Below, one piece after another: positions 36,231 through 50,270 of a stretch of DNA of 64,000 nucleotides (the first letter of the stretch is position 1; each line of letters starts with the position of its first letter). The stretch lies in assembly GCA_030390025.1 (NCBI GenBank), contig CM059431.1, positions 145,206,001 to 145,270,000 of the forward strand. Reading direction: 5' to 3'. The position numbers and the translations under genes are program-made. The DNA comes from Squalus acanthias (taxonomy: Eukaryota). The notes below the pieces were generated by a model, which did not search any database, was not told where the DNA came from, and saw only the letters and a program-made list of their open reading frames with translations.

Positions 36231-39200
36231 CACAAGAAAATGGTTTGTAACATTACCAGTTAATTTTTATTAGTGGTGTTGTAAATTTATCTTTACATTT
36301 CATTGTATAAGTATCTGTCAGCGGATTCAATTCATTATGAGACTGAGACACGCTGCAAAATTAATGAATTTCAGAATAAGAATATGCATTTAACATAAAT
36401 ATAAAACGTTCTAATATATCTGCCGACTCCTCTGTGTCTGATTCCCCTTCCTCCTTCTCCGTGCCGCTCGTTCCAGTGCTTCATGTCTGGTTCCCCACCT
36501 GTTGTGTTCCTGATGTTTCCTTCCCTCCCCACCTGCTACAATCCTAATTCCCGCCTTTACCTTCCTTTTCTCCTGCACGGTTCCTGATTCAGTCCCTGCT
36601 TCCGTTCACCCTCCGACTCTATATCTGATGTTCCCTATCCTTCCCTTTCCATCTCTTCTACAACTGATTATCTTCCCTGCTTCCCTCTCCATCCTGCAAC
36701 ATGTCTGGTTCCCCACTCACCACAAAGTACACATCAAAGCTATTCAAAGTACTCCATGTCACACTAAGTGTCCACATAATCCCCCATAACCTACAGAGAC
36801 CCTATCCTATTAACTTCAGCGAATGCAGTTACCGATTGGGAAAACTGTTCCTACAATACCAGGCTAGCAGCCGCCTCATATTTTCTTCAATAATCCTTTC
36901 GTTTTGCTCACAAATCCCATATTAAAAACTTCCATTGATTCTCATTCTACATAAGAACATAAGAACATAAGAAATAGGAGCAGGAGTAGGCCAATTGGCC
37001 CCTCGAGCCTGCTCCGCCATTCAATAAGATCATGGCTGATCTGATCCTAACCGCCAATCTACTATCGCAGAACCATCTCCTGAACCTAACAGAATTGGAC
37101 ACACGAAATGGGAGCAGAATCAGGCTACACGGCCCCTGGGCCCGCTACGCTACCCACAGGGCCATGACCGATCCGAACCTAGACTCATGTCCAAATTCCT
37201 GCCCGCTCCCCGTAATCCTTAATTCCCTTTACTTCTAGGAAACTGTCTATTTCTGTTTTAAATTTATGTAATGATGTAGCTTCTACAGCTTTTTGGGGCA
37301 ACATATTCCATGGACCTACCACCCTCTGAGTGAAATAGTTCCTTCTCATCTCAGTTTTGAAAGAGCAGCCCCTTATTCTAAGACTATGCCCCCTAGTTCT
37401 AGTTTCACCCATCATCGGGAACATCCTCCCCGCATCCACCCGATCCAACCCCTTCACAATCTTATATGTTTCAATAAGATCGCCTCTCATTCTTCTGAAC
37501 TCGAATGAGTAGAGTCCCAATCTACCCAACCTCTCCTCATATGTCCATCCCCTCATCCCCGGGATTAACCGAGTGAACCTTCTTTGTACTGACGCGAGAG
37601 CAAGTATGTCTTTTCTTAAGTATGGACACCAAAACTGTATGCAGTATTGCAGGTGCGGTCTCACCTTGTACAGCTGAAGCAATATCTCCCTATTTTTATA
37701 TTCTATCCCCTTAGCAATGAAAGCCAACATTCCAATGGCCTTCTTAATCTCTTGCTGCACCTGCATACTAACCTTTTGATTTTCGTGCACCAGGACCCCC
37801 AGATCCCTTTGTACTTCAGTACTTTCCAGTTTCTTGCCATTTAGATAATAACTTGCTCTACTATTTTTCCTGCCAAAGTGCATAACCTCACACTTTCCAA
37901 TATTGTATTCCATCTGCCAAATCTCTGCCCACTTACTTAGCCTCTCTATGTCCCCTTGCAGATTTTTTATGTCCTCCTCAATCACTACTTTCCCTCCCAT
38001 CTTAGTATCATCTGCAAACTTTGATATGTTACACTCGGTCCCCTCCTCCAAATCGTTAATATAGATTGTAAAGAGTTGGGGACCCAGCACTGACCCCTGC
38101 GGAACACCACTAGTTACTGATTGCCAGTCTGAGAATGAACCATTTATCCCAACTCTCTGCCTTCTGTTAGATAACCAATCCTCTATCCATGCCAGAATAT
38201 CACCCCCAATCCCATGATTTTTTACCTTAAGCAATAATCTTTTGTGTGGCACCTTGTCAAATGCCTTTTGGAAGTCTAAATACACCACATCCACTGGTTC
38301 CCCTTTATCCACCCTGTGTGTTACTTCCTCAAAGAACTCCAGCAAATTTGTCAAACATGACTTCCCCTTCATAAAACCATGCTGACTTTGTCCTATTAAA
38401 TTATGATTATCCAAATGTCCCGTTACTGTCTCCTTAATAATGGTCTCCAAAATTTTACCTACCACAGATGTTAGGCTAACCGGTCTATAGTTTCCAGCCT
38501 TCTGTCTACTGCCCTTTTTAAATAAGGGTGTTACATTAGCAGTTTTCCAGTCTGCCGGGATCTTTGCTGAGTCCAGGGAGTTTTGGAAAATTATTACCAA
38601 TGCATCCACAATCCCTACCGCCACTTCCCTCAAGACCCTAGGATGTAAGCCATCAGGTCCAGGTGATTTATCCGCCTTGAGTCCCATTATTTTACCGAGT
38701 ACCACTTCCTTAGTGATTTTGATCATGTTTAGCTCCTCCCCCCTATAGCCCCCTGTTTGTCCAGTGTTGGGATATTCTTAGTGTCCTCTACTGTAAAGAC
38801 TGATACAAAATATTCATTCAGTGTATTTGCCATCTCCATATTTCCCACCATTAATTTCCCGGTCTCATCCTCTAAGGGACCAACATTTACTTTAGCCACC
38901 GTTTTTCTTTTTATATAACTATAAAAACTCTTACTATCTGTTTTTATATTTTTTGCTAATTTACTTTCATAATCTATCTTCCCTTTCTTAATCAATCTTT
39001 TTGTTATTTTTTGCTGTCTTTTAAAGTTTTCCATATCCTCTATCCTCCCACTAGATTTTGCTACCTTATAAGCCCTTGTTTTTAGTCGAATACTATCCTT
39101 AATTTCTTTACTTAGCCATGGATGACTGTCTTTTCTTTTACACCCTTTTCTTCTCAGTGGAATATATATTTTTTGGAAGTTGTAAAATAACTCCTTAAAC

Positions 39201-42200
39201 GTACACCACTGATCATGTATCGTCTTACCCTTTAATCTATTTCCCCATACCACTCTACTCAATTCTGCTCGCATACCTTCATAGTCTCCTTTATTCAAGC
39301 TTAGCACGCTTGTTTGAGATCCAACCTTCTCACCCTCTAATTGAATATGGAATTCAACCATGTTATGGTCACTCATTCCAAGGGGATCCTTTACTAGGAC
39401 ATTTTTAATTAATCCTGTCTTGTTACACAGGACCAGATCTAAGGTTGCTTGCCCCCTGGTCGGTTCACTTACATACTGCTCAAGAAACCCATCCCTAATA
39501 CACTCAATGAACTAATCTTCAAGGCAGCCCTGCCCAATTTGATTTGTCCGATGGTTTTATCTTTTCAGTCTCGCTGTCCCAAATAGCTTATGGTTTGGCC
39601 TTTTTGAACCGCTGCAATCCTGTGGTGACGTTGCTGCTAGGATTGTGTGAACAATCCAATTGCAGGATTTTTGAGTCAGCAATGATGAAGGAACCATGAT
39701 ATGTGTTCAGGTCAGGATAGCCTGTGACTTACAGCAAACATTGGAGCAGCGGTTATCTCAAGACTTTGCTGCTCTTACCCTTATCAATGATAGAGAGAGC
39801 TGGTCTGAACGGTGATGTTAATTTTAGCTTGGTGATTTGCTGTGGATAATGCAGACTGCAGCATTAGTGCACTGATGGTGAACGGTGTGGATATTGTGGA
39901 TTTGAATCAAGCAGAATGTTTTGCCCTGGATGACGCCAAGCTTTATGACTGGTGTTGTGGGTGTAACTATTTAAGACGATTGGTGATTATTCCATCACAT
40001 TCCTAACTTGAGTCCTAGTGAAGAGACATTCAGAGATCAGGAAGAGAGACACATATAGTGGAGAACACAGCCTCTGCCGTTCACCTGCAGTGTTGACACA
40101 GCAGGTGCCGTTAATCTTCTGGTCAATGGGCATATCCAGGATGTTGATGGTGCAGCAGTAGGTGATTTTGTTGCCGCAAAAAGTTGGGGGGTTTTGTTGT
40201 GACTTTTCCTGTTGGATCTGGTAATTGCCCGACACTGACATGGCACAAAAAATACCTGCCTCTTGTTAGCACACGCCTGGGAAATGTTCTTGTCCTGATA
40301 TAGGCTCTCATGGGCTGCTTCATTATTTTGGAAATGGAGCAGGGCACTGTTGAATTAACAGAGAACGGATTGATTCCTGAACTTATGACAGAGCAATTGT
40401 TATTTATGATTGTACCTAACCAAGGGTGTAGCCCTGAGAAAGTCCAATTGTGATGCTTGCCCTCTAACAGCCATGCCCATTTTACTGAAAATGATTCCCT
40501 TATACCCCCAATAACTATTACCTACGGTTTAACAGGGCTTCTTGATGTTGTCCTCGATCGGATCTGCACTCATGTCTACGGAAGTTAATCTCACATCTCG
40601 TGTCGCATTTTTCTTGTATTCAGGTCTGGATCAAGGCTGTGATGAAGTTTGGAGCTGAGCGGTCCAGGCTGAGCAGGAACTGACTGTTGGCGAGTCGAAT
40701 ATTGTTTTGTTGATGACCCTCGATAGTTCTGCAATTGACTAATTATATCACTGTATTGATGATTATTAAGATATTAATAGGGCAAAAATCGGCTCTGTAA
40801 ATTGTGTCATTTTCCAATGAATTGAATAGAAGTCGGCAATTTCTTATGTTAACAGGTATACTAGTAACACAGCTGTACTGGAATAGACTGGCTGTGGGGG
40901 TGGTGGTGGTTAATTGTTTTAGGCATGTCTTAGTAACTACAGACAGATAGATCAAGCAATTAGGAAACAAATGATATGTTTGCCTTTATTACAAATGGAT
41001 TGGAGTGTCGGATAAAGAAAAATTATGGTAAATATATAGGGCCTTGGTGAGACCACACCTGGAGTACTGTGTACAGTTTTTGTGTCCTTACCTGAGGAAG
41101 CATATACTTGCCTTAGAGGGAGTGGAACGATGGCCTGCCAGACTTATTCCTGGGATGGGCAGGGGGTGGGATTGTCCTATGAGGAGATATTGAGGAGACT
41201 ATCCACATATTCCCCAGAGGTAATCTCATTGAAACGTATACAATTCTTAAGGAGCTTGACAGGATAAATGTTTGGAGGATGTTTCCCCTGGCTGGGGAGT
41301 CTAGAAATAGGTGTCACTCTCTCAGAATAAGGGGTCAGTCATTTAGGTTCGAGATGAGGAGAAATGTCTTCACTCAGAGGGTTGTGAATCCTTGCAATTA
41401 TCTACCCCAGAGGGCTGTGGATGCTCATTCTTTGAGTATATTTTCAGAACAGAGATGGATTTTTGGATACTAAGGGAACCAAATAATATGGGACTATTGT
41501 GAAAGGTGGACTTGAGGTAGAAGATGAGCCATGATGTTATTGAAGGGCCGAATGGCAGACTCCAGCTCCTATTTCTTATGTTCTTATGTTCTTAACTAGG
41601 GTTCTGTTAGTACCCATTATCTCTGTGGTCAGTTTGTTCCAGTGCTTCCTAATGTCACGTGGGGAGATCTCCATTGGCTTGACGCTGGGTTGAATGCTAA
41701 TGGGAGCCACGTTTGCTCTTTAAAATTTCACTTTTGGCTGAATCTGCTTCGAACACTGCAGCCTTGTCTCGATCACCGGGGTGTCTTGGACCCACCGCTG
41801 CCTGATAATCTCCTGTTGCCACTCCCATTAATAAATGGATGTGGCAGGCAGTGCAAGCTTAGTTCTTATTATTTGGCCGTGGAACGCATTAACTTGATCT
41901 GCAACACGCTGCTTTTGCCGTTTATGGTTTAATTGTAGTTTCACTAAGTTAGTGCCTCATTCTCAGTTTCAATGCTCTTGTTCCTTTCACGTTATTTAAT
42001 TGTCCCCAATTAAACCCATAGTTGGAACTTTTACATTATAGTGCCGGTAGATTGTAGAATTGTATAGGTCAGGCGTCAGACATTGTCGAGGGATATAATT
42101 CTGCGAATTTGAAGGGCCCAGAACACCTTATGTACGCCCAGTATCTGGCTACTAGCTATTGCCTCACTGGTAGAACTGCACAATAGGGAATGTTCTCATT

Positions 42201-45120
42201 GTGGAGTCCAGGCCTTGTCAATAGAAGGATTGTGTGGTGGTTACATCGATGCAAGCAATCGTCTACAGACGTGTCTCCGACTGGTGCATTATTGAAGATG
42301 TGATAAAGTAGGTCACTACACCCTGGCAGCACTCTCACAACTCATGCAGTAGTCTGGGAGATTGCCTTTGTAAATATAATCTGTATCAGTCTGTTGCTTG
42401 AGTAATCTGTAGGGGAGCTCTTCCAAATTAGCACCAGTCCCCAGATGGTAGTCAGGAAGGATTTTGTGGTTGGGCTGGCCTGGAATTGCCTGAGTCTTGT
42501 CCTGAGTTGATGCTGCAGTGTTGTTGATTGGTCGATATTATAGTTCCCTTATTTATTGTTTCAATCACGTGCTCTGAATATCCCTTTGTTTGTCAGCACA
42601 ACTGCAGGTCCTTTTTCAGTGAATATACTTTCCCAAGGCCCGTGTTGTCTTTGGCAGGGATGATGCCAGTTGGCAATGGAAAGTGAGACGATGGAGAGAC
42701 AGCTTTATTAGCAATTTTGAGAGATTTACAGTCACGTCTATTGTTTGTTCCCATTTTTAAACAACATGTTTTTATATCAGATACACTGGAATGTGTCAAT
42801 CTGGTTTCATGGTTGTTTGGATTAAGTGCGACTGATTCTGTCTAACAGGATCATCTCTTTGACTGAATATTGGCAAATCGCCCCGGCCTGCTTCACGCCC
42901 ACAGTGCAGAGTTGCAAATATACAAAATAATCCTGTCTTTTTTCTCTCTGCAAGTATCTCTGGTGGAGTTTAATGCCCTTTATTTCCAGGGTTTGGATTC
43001 CATAGATGTGCAGACTGTTTGAGTAAATATAGCATGGGACACAACACATTGTCCTTTTAGCTCAGTGTTCGATAATTTGCGGCCCTTTGATGTGTATCTG
43101 ACTCAGGGCGCACCAGGCTCGATGAAGTCTGGGCAGGATTGGACGGAAGTAGGGTTTCTGCAATCTGAGGATTGTTCAAAGGTTGACTGTTCTTTTTGCA
43201 GCAGACTAATAATTGTTGCCGTCTTGCTGAAGACTTGATCGTGATGTAATAGCTGGGTCCAGGCCACATCTCGCTGAGAATGTATACCCAGGAATTTCTG
43301 CTCTTTGCTGGCCTTGATTTCCTGTGACCGCCACCATATCCTCACCTGCTGTGCTGAGCGACTGTTTCGTTTGGACTCTCTCTAGTTTCCTCACTAAATC
43401 GCTGTGTTGGGACACAATCTTTAATAACTTCAAAAAACATTTCTGCTGATGTGGCCTCCACACCTAATGTTTCACCAATAAATGTCAGGAAACTAAAATT
43501 GCCCATAATACAGACATTTCCCAATCCAATGGCCTTTCCAGGACTCATGTCTATAGCAGGTCATTAATTGCATTCGAGATAATAAAAGCCTGATTATGAT
43601 TTAATTCTGCATGTTCACATATCTATTTGAGTGGATGATCTCGCAAGCCGTACAGGAGTGACGCCCTCCTCCTGAGGGAGGGGATAGCTGAAGCGATGCT
43701 TTCGTTCTGGTAACATTGGGCGAGTCCGGAGTCTCTCCACTGGTCCACCTCAAATTCACCCCAGTTTGCTAACAGTTGCCAAGTGGTTAAGCTGTTGCGC
43801 TTCTGATCTATTGTGCGGTGCAGAGACGGATTCCTGTCCCGGATTCGCCTGTGGGTCTGCGATGGCTGTGAAGCTTGCTGCATTTTATCCCGTTGGGCAA
43901 ATACCGCCTTGGGCTGGCACAGTGACAGTCTACTGGCCAACCTCCCCATAGTCTCATCCAGTGTATTTAATAATTTGTGGTCAAAGTGCCTCGTCACAAA
44001 GGGCTCCTTCTCCTGGGGGACTTTACCAGGTGTGAGGGATTAATTTGTGACTGTAACCTTGAACTGACTGGATCCAAATAGTTTCGTCTGTACTCGATGT
44101 TCTAAAGTCGGCGTTTTCTGCAGTAGTTAGTTTCCTTTTCAAATATCGCAACACCTTTTCTTTCTTCACCTCCCCTAGCTCTCCGAGAAAAAAATAACCT
44201 TTAAGGAGTGGAATTTGGCGTTAATTCGACAACACTGCTACTGGTGAACCTACATTATTTATGAATAGGAGCACGTGTTCACTTATATAACCTAAGGATT
44301 CTACCACAAATTGTTTAGCTGGAAGATCTGTTTAGTTTTATAAAGCTGGTCGGCCATACAAACAAAGACCACGTCCCACTGCTCCATTGTATCGACTGCA
44401 TCCGCCTGTACGACGTGGCTCATGTAGGACTATTTTAGCCTCGAGGTGCTTCAAAAGGTTTTTTGTCGTTACAGTTCTCATACTGACGACTATGAGTTAG
44501 AACCTTTTCCTTACTTGCTGCATTTGTGTTTTATTATTGTGGTTCTAACATATTCAAATTGTTTGATAATATTACTTTTGTTGTTTTGTTCCTCAGTGTG
44601 TTATACAGCGCTAAGGATATCCTTTCCCCTCCATCTCCAATGCAGTCTATCCCAGGTCAGCTTCAACAGCTTCTGTGTTCTCTGAACTCTGTGTATTGCA
44701 CTTCTGCATTGTGTCAGGTTGAAACACAAATAGGGTGCAATCAAACAAGTTTGTAAAATTAAAGGCATCTAATACTCAACTAATCAGTGTTGAGTGTAAG
44801 AAACAGCTAAAGAAAACGAAAGCTCCTATTAGATAATCTAATACGCTTATGAAAAAGATGACAATAGATAATTGTGGAAGTTAGGGGGAAGTGATGTAAA
44901 GAGTCTGTGAACTGTGAAAATCTTTATTGGCCATTAAAGAATGGTCAAGGTCACCTTACAACGGACTCACTGGGTCTGGAGAAATAATAAATGATCACTT
45001 TGCAGCGGTCCTCACACTTGAAGACGATGCTCGACTATTAGAATTGAATGATTTTAATAATAAAACTAGTAATAAAATAAATGAACATTTGGCTTTATAG
45101 AGATTTAATAAGTTGAAAGT
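36231..45120. repeat. Second segmental duplication (copy of ~28170-36230), starting inside the C1 exon (partial copy E, 36231-36275)
   Basis: Collinear with 28170-36230 once the 36951-39548 CR1 is removed. Confidence 0.85.
36951..39548 (-). mobile_element. Young 5'-truncated CR1 LINE with an uninterrupted 513-aa RT ORF (37185-38726)
   Basis: RT motifs QHGFMKGKSCLTNL, YLDFQKAFDKV, GVPQGSVLGP, FADDTK; (ATAAGAAC)n tail; the pre-insertion site CATTCTAC|CCGATGG is reconstructable from paralogues. Confidence 0.95.
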
Positions 45121-46726
45121 TGACAGGGCAGCCTGGCCGGATGATATTTACCCGAGGGCCCTCAGGGAGATGGGGCACGTGCTGTGAGAGCCATATTTTT
45201 GTAACTCACTGCACTCTGTGATGGTTCCTGTAGACTGGAAGAGGGTAATGCAGTCCCAATCTTTAAAAAAAAGTGACAAGAGGGTCCTGGGTAACTGTAG
45301 CCCCATTAGTTTGTCATCAGTAACAGAAAATATGCTTGTGGGAATCATTAGCAATGCAATCAATGATTATTTGGATAGACATATTAGGAACGTCGTACAT
45401 GGCTTCAAAAAAAGGTCATGTCTTACAAATCTGATCGGAAAAATAGTAAATTTTCATTGTCTTCTTAGACTTCCAAAAAGCTGTTGATAATGTAACGTAC
45501 AAGTGGCTTCTCTACAATATCGATGCCGCTGGTTCTGGTGGTAAATGTTGAGCTGGATTGCGAAGTGCCTGGAAGGACGAAATGAAAAAAATTGTTATGG
45601 ATGGATTTTAATCTGTTTGGAGCACGGACACCAGCGGCGTCCCGCAGGGATCGGTGTTGGGACCGTTGCTATTAATTATTCTTTTTAATGATCTAGTTGT
45701 AGGCGTTGGTGGCACGTTCTGCAGATCTGAAGAAGATTCTGACATCTTTGCGAGGGTTTGGTCTGTAGACGATGCTCGACGGCTTTAGGCGGATCTTAAT
45801 GCGTTGGGATATTAGGCTCGTGATCGGCAAATGAAGATTAATTTGGAAAAGTGCTGTTCCATGTAAAGGGGCAGAGGGATGCTCAACATTCAGATACCAT
45901 TCAGGGAAAAGCATTAATGAAGATGGAGAAAGGAAGATCCTGGCATTCTAGTGCATACATCTCTAAAGGTACACGTGCAATACCGTGCATCGATAGCTAG
46001 AGAGAATAGGGTGTTGGGGTGCATTCATTGAACAAATGATTACAAGACACGACATCCTATTTGTCCTTGTACAAGACCTTGGTAAAGGCTTCACTTTGAA
46101 TACTGTGTCCAGTTTGGCCTCCTCACATTTTGGTTAATAATGAGGCATTGGAAAGGGTGCAGAAGAGGGTCACTAGCCTAATTCCCAGAATAAAGCATCT
46201 TAGTTATCAAGTTAGGCTAAAAGAGCTCGGACTCTACAGTTTAGAAAAGCGTAGATTTAGGGGTGATTTGATTGCGGTTTATAAAAGGTGAAGCGAATAG
46301 TTTGTGTTCTAGCTTCCAATTTGTTCCAATTAAATAGATTAGGAAGGACCAGGGGATCACAACTGCGTGAGACAGGCTGGATGGACCAAAGGGTCTTTAC
46401 CTGTCCGTCATTGTTCGTATCTTGGTAAAGGCCTCAGTGAAGAAACAGCGGCTACAAATACTTAGTGACTGAACAAAGCTGCTGCTTTTTAGCCTTTATT
46501 ATTTGGAAAAATATTAAAAATGAAAATAAGACAAAGTTTTCTAGGCTTTTCTTAGCGCAGTTACCTCTATGAAATAATTATCGGATTTAAGACGAGTTTG
46601 CTCCATAGAGCAGGCAGATTCCCTTTACATCTAACGATGTTATCACTATGTTGCTCACAACAGTATTTGACACAGTGCGCCTGTTTCTATTCACCTGTGC
46701 AGGCGCCAGTGTACATTATAGTCGCA

Positions 46727-47020
46727 ATCACAGAATCATCACAGTGCAGATAGAGGCCATTTCGGCCCATCGAGCCTGCACCGACACATATCCCACCCTA
46801 TTCCCACGCATTTAATCCCCCTAACACTAAGGGCCCATTTATCATAGCCAAATCAACCTAACCCGCACATCTTTAGACTGTGGGAGGAAACCGGAGCAAA
46901 CCCACGCAAACACGGGGAGAATGTGCAAACTCCACACAGACAGTCACCCGAGGCCGGATTCGAACCAGGGTCGCTGGCGCTATGAGGCAGCAGTGCTAAC
47001 CACTATGCCACCGTGTTGCC
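46727..47020 (-). mobile_element. HE1 (V-SINE)
   Basis: Reverse complement of the tRNA-like head and V-domain seen at 25723. Confidence 0.9.
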
Positions 47021-47189
47021 ATGGTAGTTATGTTACTGGACTAATAATCCAGAGGTCTGGACTAGTGATCTCAGCGTATGTGGATTCAAATACCACTAAT
47101 GCATAAATTTAAATTCAGTTGATGAAATACATCTGGAATAAAATGCTAGTATCAATAATGGTGATCATTAAATATCGGATTGTTGTAAA

Positions 47190-47690
47190 AAAATTGCGGA
47201 ACACCTCCGTTCAGTCCGTAAGGGTGACCCCTGAGCTTTCTAACCTCTCTGTTCTCGGTCTCTTACACTGTTTCAATGAAGCTCAACGTAAGCTCGAGGA
47301 ACAGCAGCTCATCTTTCGATTAGGCACTTTACACCCTTCTGGACTCAACATCGAGTTCAACAATTTCAAACTTTCACCCCAGTTCCCATTTTTCGTGCTA
47401 TATGATTTTGCCAACCCCTTTGCAACATTTTATATTTCCTGCCTCTTTATTAGCACAGTACATTCCTTCAATTCCTTCCTCCCCTCTCACACACCTCCCC
47501 CCTCCCTGTCTAGGCACCTGCTTAATATCTCCAACTGTTACATCTCCAGCTTTTTCCAGTTCTGATGAAGGGTCCCAGACCTGAAACGTTAACTCTGTTT
47601 CTCTCTCCACGGATGCTTCCTGGCCTGCTGAGTATTTCCAGCATTTTCTGTTGTTATTTCAGATTTGCAGCATCCGCAGTATTTTGCTAT
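47190..47690 (+). mobile_element. Penelope-like fragment nested in the LINE 5' region
   Basis: RKLEEQQLIFRLGTLHPSGLNIEFNNF (GIY-YIG C-terminus) followed by the CTGATGAAGGGTC..GAAACGTT terminal motif. Confidence 0.8.
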
Positions 47691-49106
47691 TGTGTTGTAA
47701 AAACCCATCTGGTTCACTGATGTCCTTTAGGAAATGTGCTATGCTTACGTGCTCTGGCCTGTATGTGACTCCAGGCCCAAAACAATGGGAAGCAACTCAG
47801 TTGCAACAGCTCGCTACAAGAAAATATATGAAGAATATAAACGGACGGACCATTCGGCATCGGCTACGGACACGACAACGGCACACCCAGCCCAGTCAAA
47901 CTTGCAAAATGCTCCTCCCCAACATCTTGGGACTTTGACACAATTGGTGGAGCTGTCCCACAGACTATTCAAGTAACAGCCTGACATAGTCATAATTGCA
48001 GAATCATACCTTTCAGCCAATCTCCCAAAATCCTCCATCAGCATCCCTGGGTATGTCCTGTCCCACCGGCAGGACAGACCCACCAGGGTTGGTGGCACAG
48101 TGGTAAAAATTCGGGAAGGAGTGGCCCTGGGAGTCTTCAACATTGATTCCGTACCCCATGAATTCTCATGTCCTCAGGTTAAGCATGCGCAAGGAAACCT
48201 GCTGCTGATTTTGAACTACCGCCCTCCCTCAGCTGATGAATCAGTACTCCCCCATGTTAAACACCACTTGGAGGAAGCACTGAGAGTAGCAAGGGCACAT
48301 AATGTACTTTGGGTAGGGGACTTTATGTCAAGCATCAAGAGTGACTCGGTAGCATCACTACTGACTGAGCTGGTAGAGTCCTGAAGGACATAACTGCCAG
48401 TCTGGGCCTGCAACAGGTGGTGAGAGAACCAACACGATGGAAAAACCTATTAGAACTCGTCCTCAACAATCTACCTGGCGCTGATTCATCTGTCCATGAC
48501 AGCATTGGTAGCAGTGACTACCGCACAGTCAATGTGGAGACGAAGTCCCGTCTTCACAATGAGGACACCCTCCATCGAGAAGTGTGGCACTACCACCGTG
48601 CTAAATGGGATAGATTCACAACTGATCGAGCAGCGCAAAACTGGGCATCCATGAGGCGCTGTGGGCAATCAGCAGCAGCTGAATTGTATTCCACAACAAT
48701 CAGTAACCTCATGGCCAGGCATATCCATCACTCTGGCAACCCTGGTTCAAAAGGGTGTGTAGAAGGGCATGCCAGGAGCAGCACCAGGCGTACCTCAAAA
48801 TGAGGTACCAACCTGGGGAAACTGCAACACAGGACTGCATGCATGCTTAAAAGCGGAAGCAGCATGCTATACAAATTGCTGAGCGATCCCACAATCAACG
48901 GATCAGATCAAAGCTCTGCAGTCCTGCCACATCAATCGTGAATAGTGGTGGACCATTAAACAACTAACGGGCGGAGGAGGCTCCATGAATATCCCCATCC
49001 TCAATGTTGGTGGAGCTCAGCACGTGAGTGCAAAAGACAAGGCTGAAGCGTTCGCAACCATCTTCAGTCAGAATTGCCGAGTGGATGATTCACATCGGCC
49101 TTCTCC

Positions 49107-50270
49107 TGTAGGGGGTGGGAATGGGGTCAGCCTCTGCCTTCTGACTCAGTGAGCGGTTCGAGTCGCTCCCACGCCACTGGTTCCTAGACTTTGGACTCAT
49201 TTAGGGGTTGTGAACAGAAAATGCAGGGTAACAAACTTAAAACACACTTAAATACTTAAACACAGGTTCGGGAAACACACGGTACAGGCGAGGGAGAGTG
49301 ACAATACACCAAACAAAAACCTTATCCCTCCCAATGATCCCACTATCTAGCTAGGTTTTTGGTTTCAGGATATCAGGGATAATGCTCACCAACGAATCCT
49401 TGACAGAATTTTAGAGTCTTTTGATTAAAAGATTTCGTAAGGCCCTTGTTGCTGCGCGGTGTCCGATGGTCAATGAGGCAGTCGCGCTGGTTTCTTATTG
49501 TGTGATGGTCCGTTTGTGGAGTTGTTGGCGTTCCTTGCTCCTCATCCTTGTGGCTTGTGGTTTATTTTGCTGGAGCAGGGCTGAGAGAGAGAGAGAGAGA
49601 GAGAGAGAGCTGTTCCAGCTTTGTCAGCGAGTCCAAAAGAGAGCGAGCCCTGGGACAGGCTCAAATATATTGTCCTTTTCACGCCCAAAACCCCTTACTA
49701 AAACGCGCCCAAAACCCCTTTAGGTTTCAAATGAGCCCTGCTCAGTCCATTGTCTAGTTTTGGCGGGCTTGCCAGTTCCGATGGCTTTAACTTGTTGTTC
49801 AACATGTCCTGATCGTTTTCCGATTTAGGCAAGGCCTTACCTACGCGCCGAATCTCATCCCTATTGTCCTAGGTCTATTGGCGGGCTTTAAATCTGTCCT
49901 GTGGATACCTGGTTGATTGGTTCTTGATGAAGTAAATCGGATTGCTTAATGTTTTATTGATTTCAAAAGAGCTCTTGGATTATTCATATATCGATGTGTG
50001 TTTGAGGACTTTGAGTTTTGTCTCTTCCTCCTTGATAGGAATACAGTGTAAACACATTCCCAGACAGCTTAATACACTGCCTGGCCACGCCCTTCTGCAG
50101 CCTGTCGGTGTCTGTGACAAGGTGTCTTTCCCAACAGTAAGATTCGAAAAGTCATTTTCCTCAGGGTTTTCTTCCCTGATCTTTAAAAATGTCCAAAACT
50201 GGGGGGTTTACCTCAAATCACTTCACTTAGGGTCCTGTTCGAGTTTCTGGGGGATTTTGCGAAGCCTACA
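49107..50270 (-). mobile_element. Solo LTR (1164 bp) with a 4-bp TSD
   Basis: Termini TGTAGG...CCTACA; TSD CTCC at 49103-49106 and 50271-50274; the host LINE rejoins cleanly across it; minus-strand CCAAT boxes, TATA-like site (~49665) and AATAAA (~49561). Confidence 0.9.

Noticed and set aside
37185..38726. Domesticated or host reverse transcriptase gene
   Set aside because: Ordinary 5'-truncated young CR1 with a tail, a frameshift upstream and an empty site in the paralogous units.
49155..49176. Primer-binding-site-like TGGCGTGGGAGCGACTCGAACC on the minus strand
   Set aside because: It lies inside the TSD-bounded LTR rather than just after it, and does not match a tRNA 3' end I can identify.
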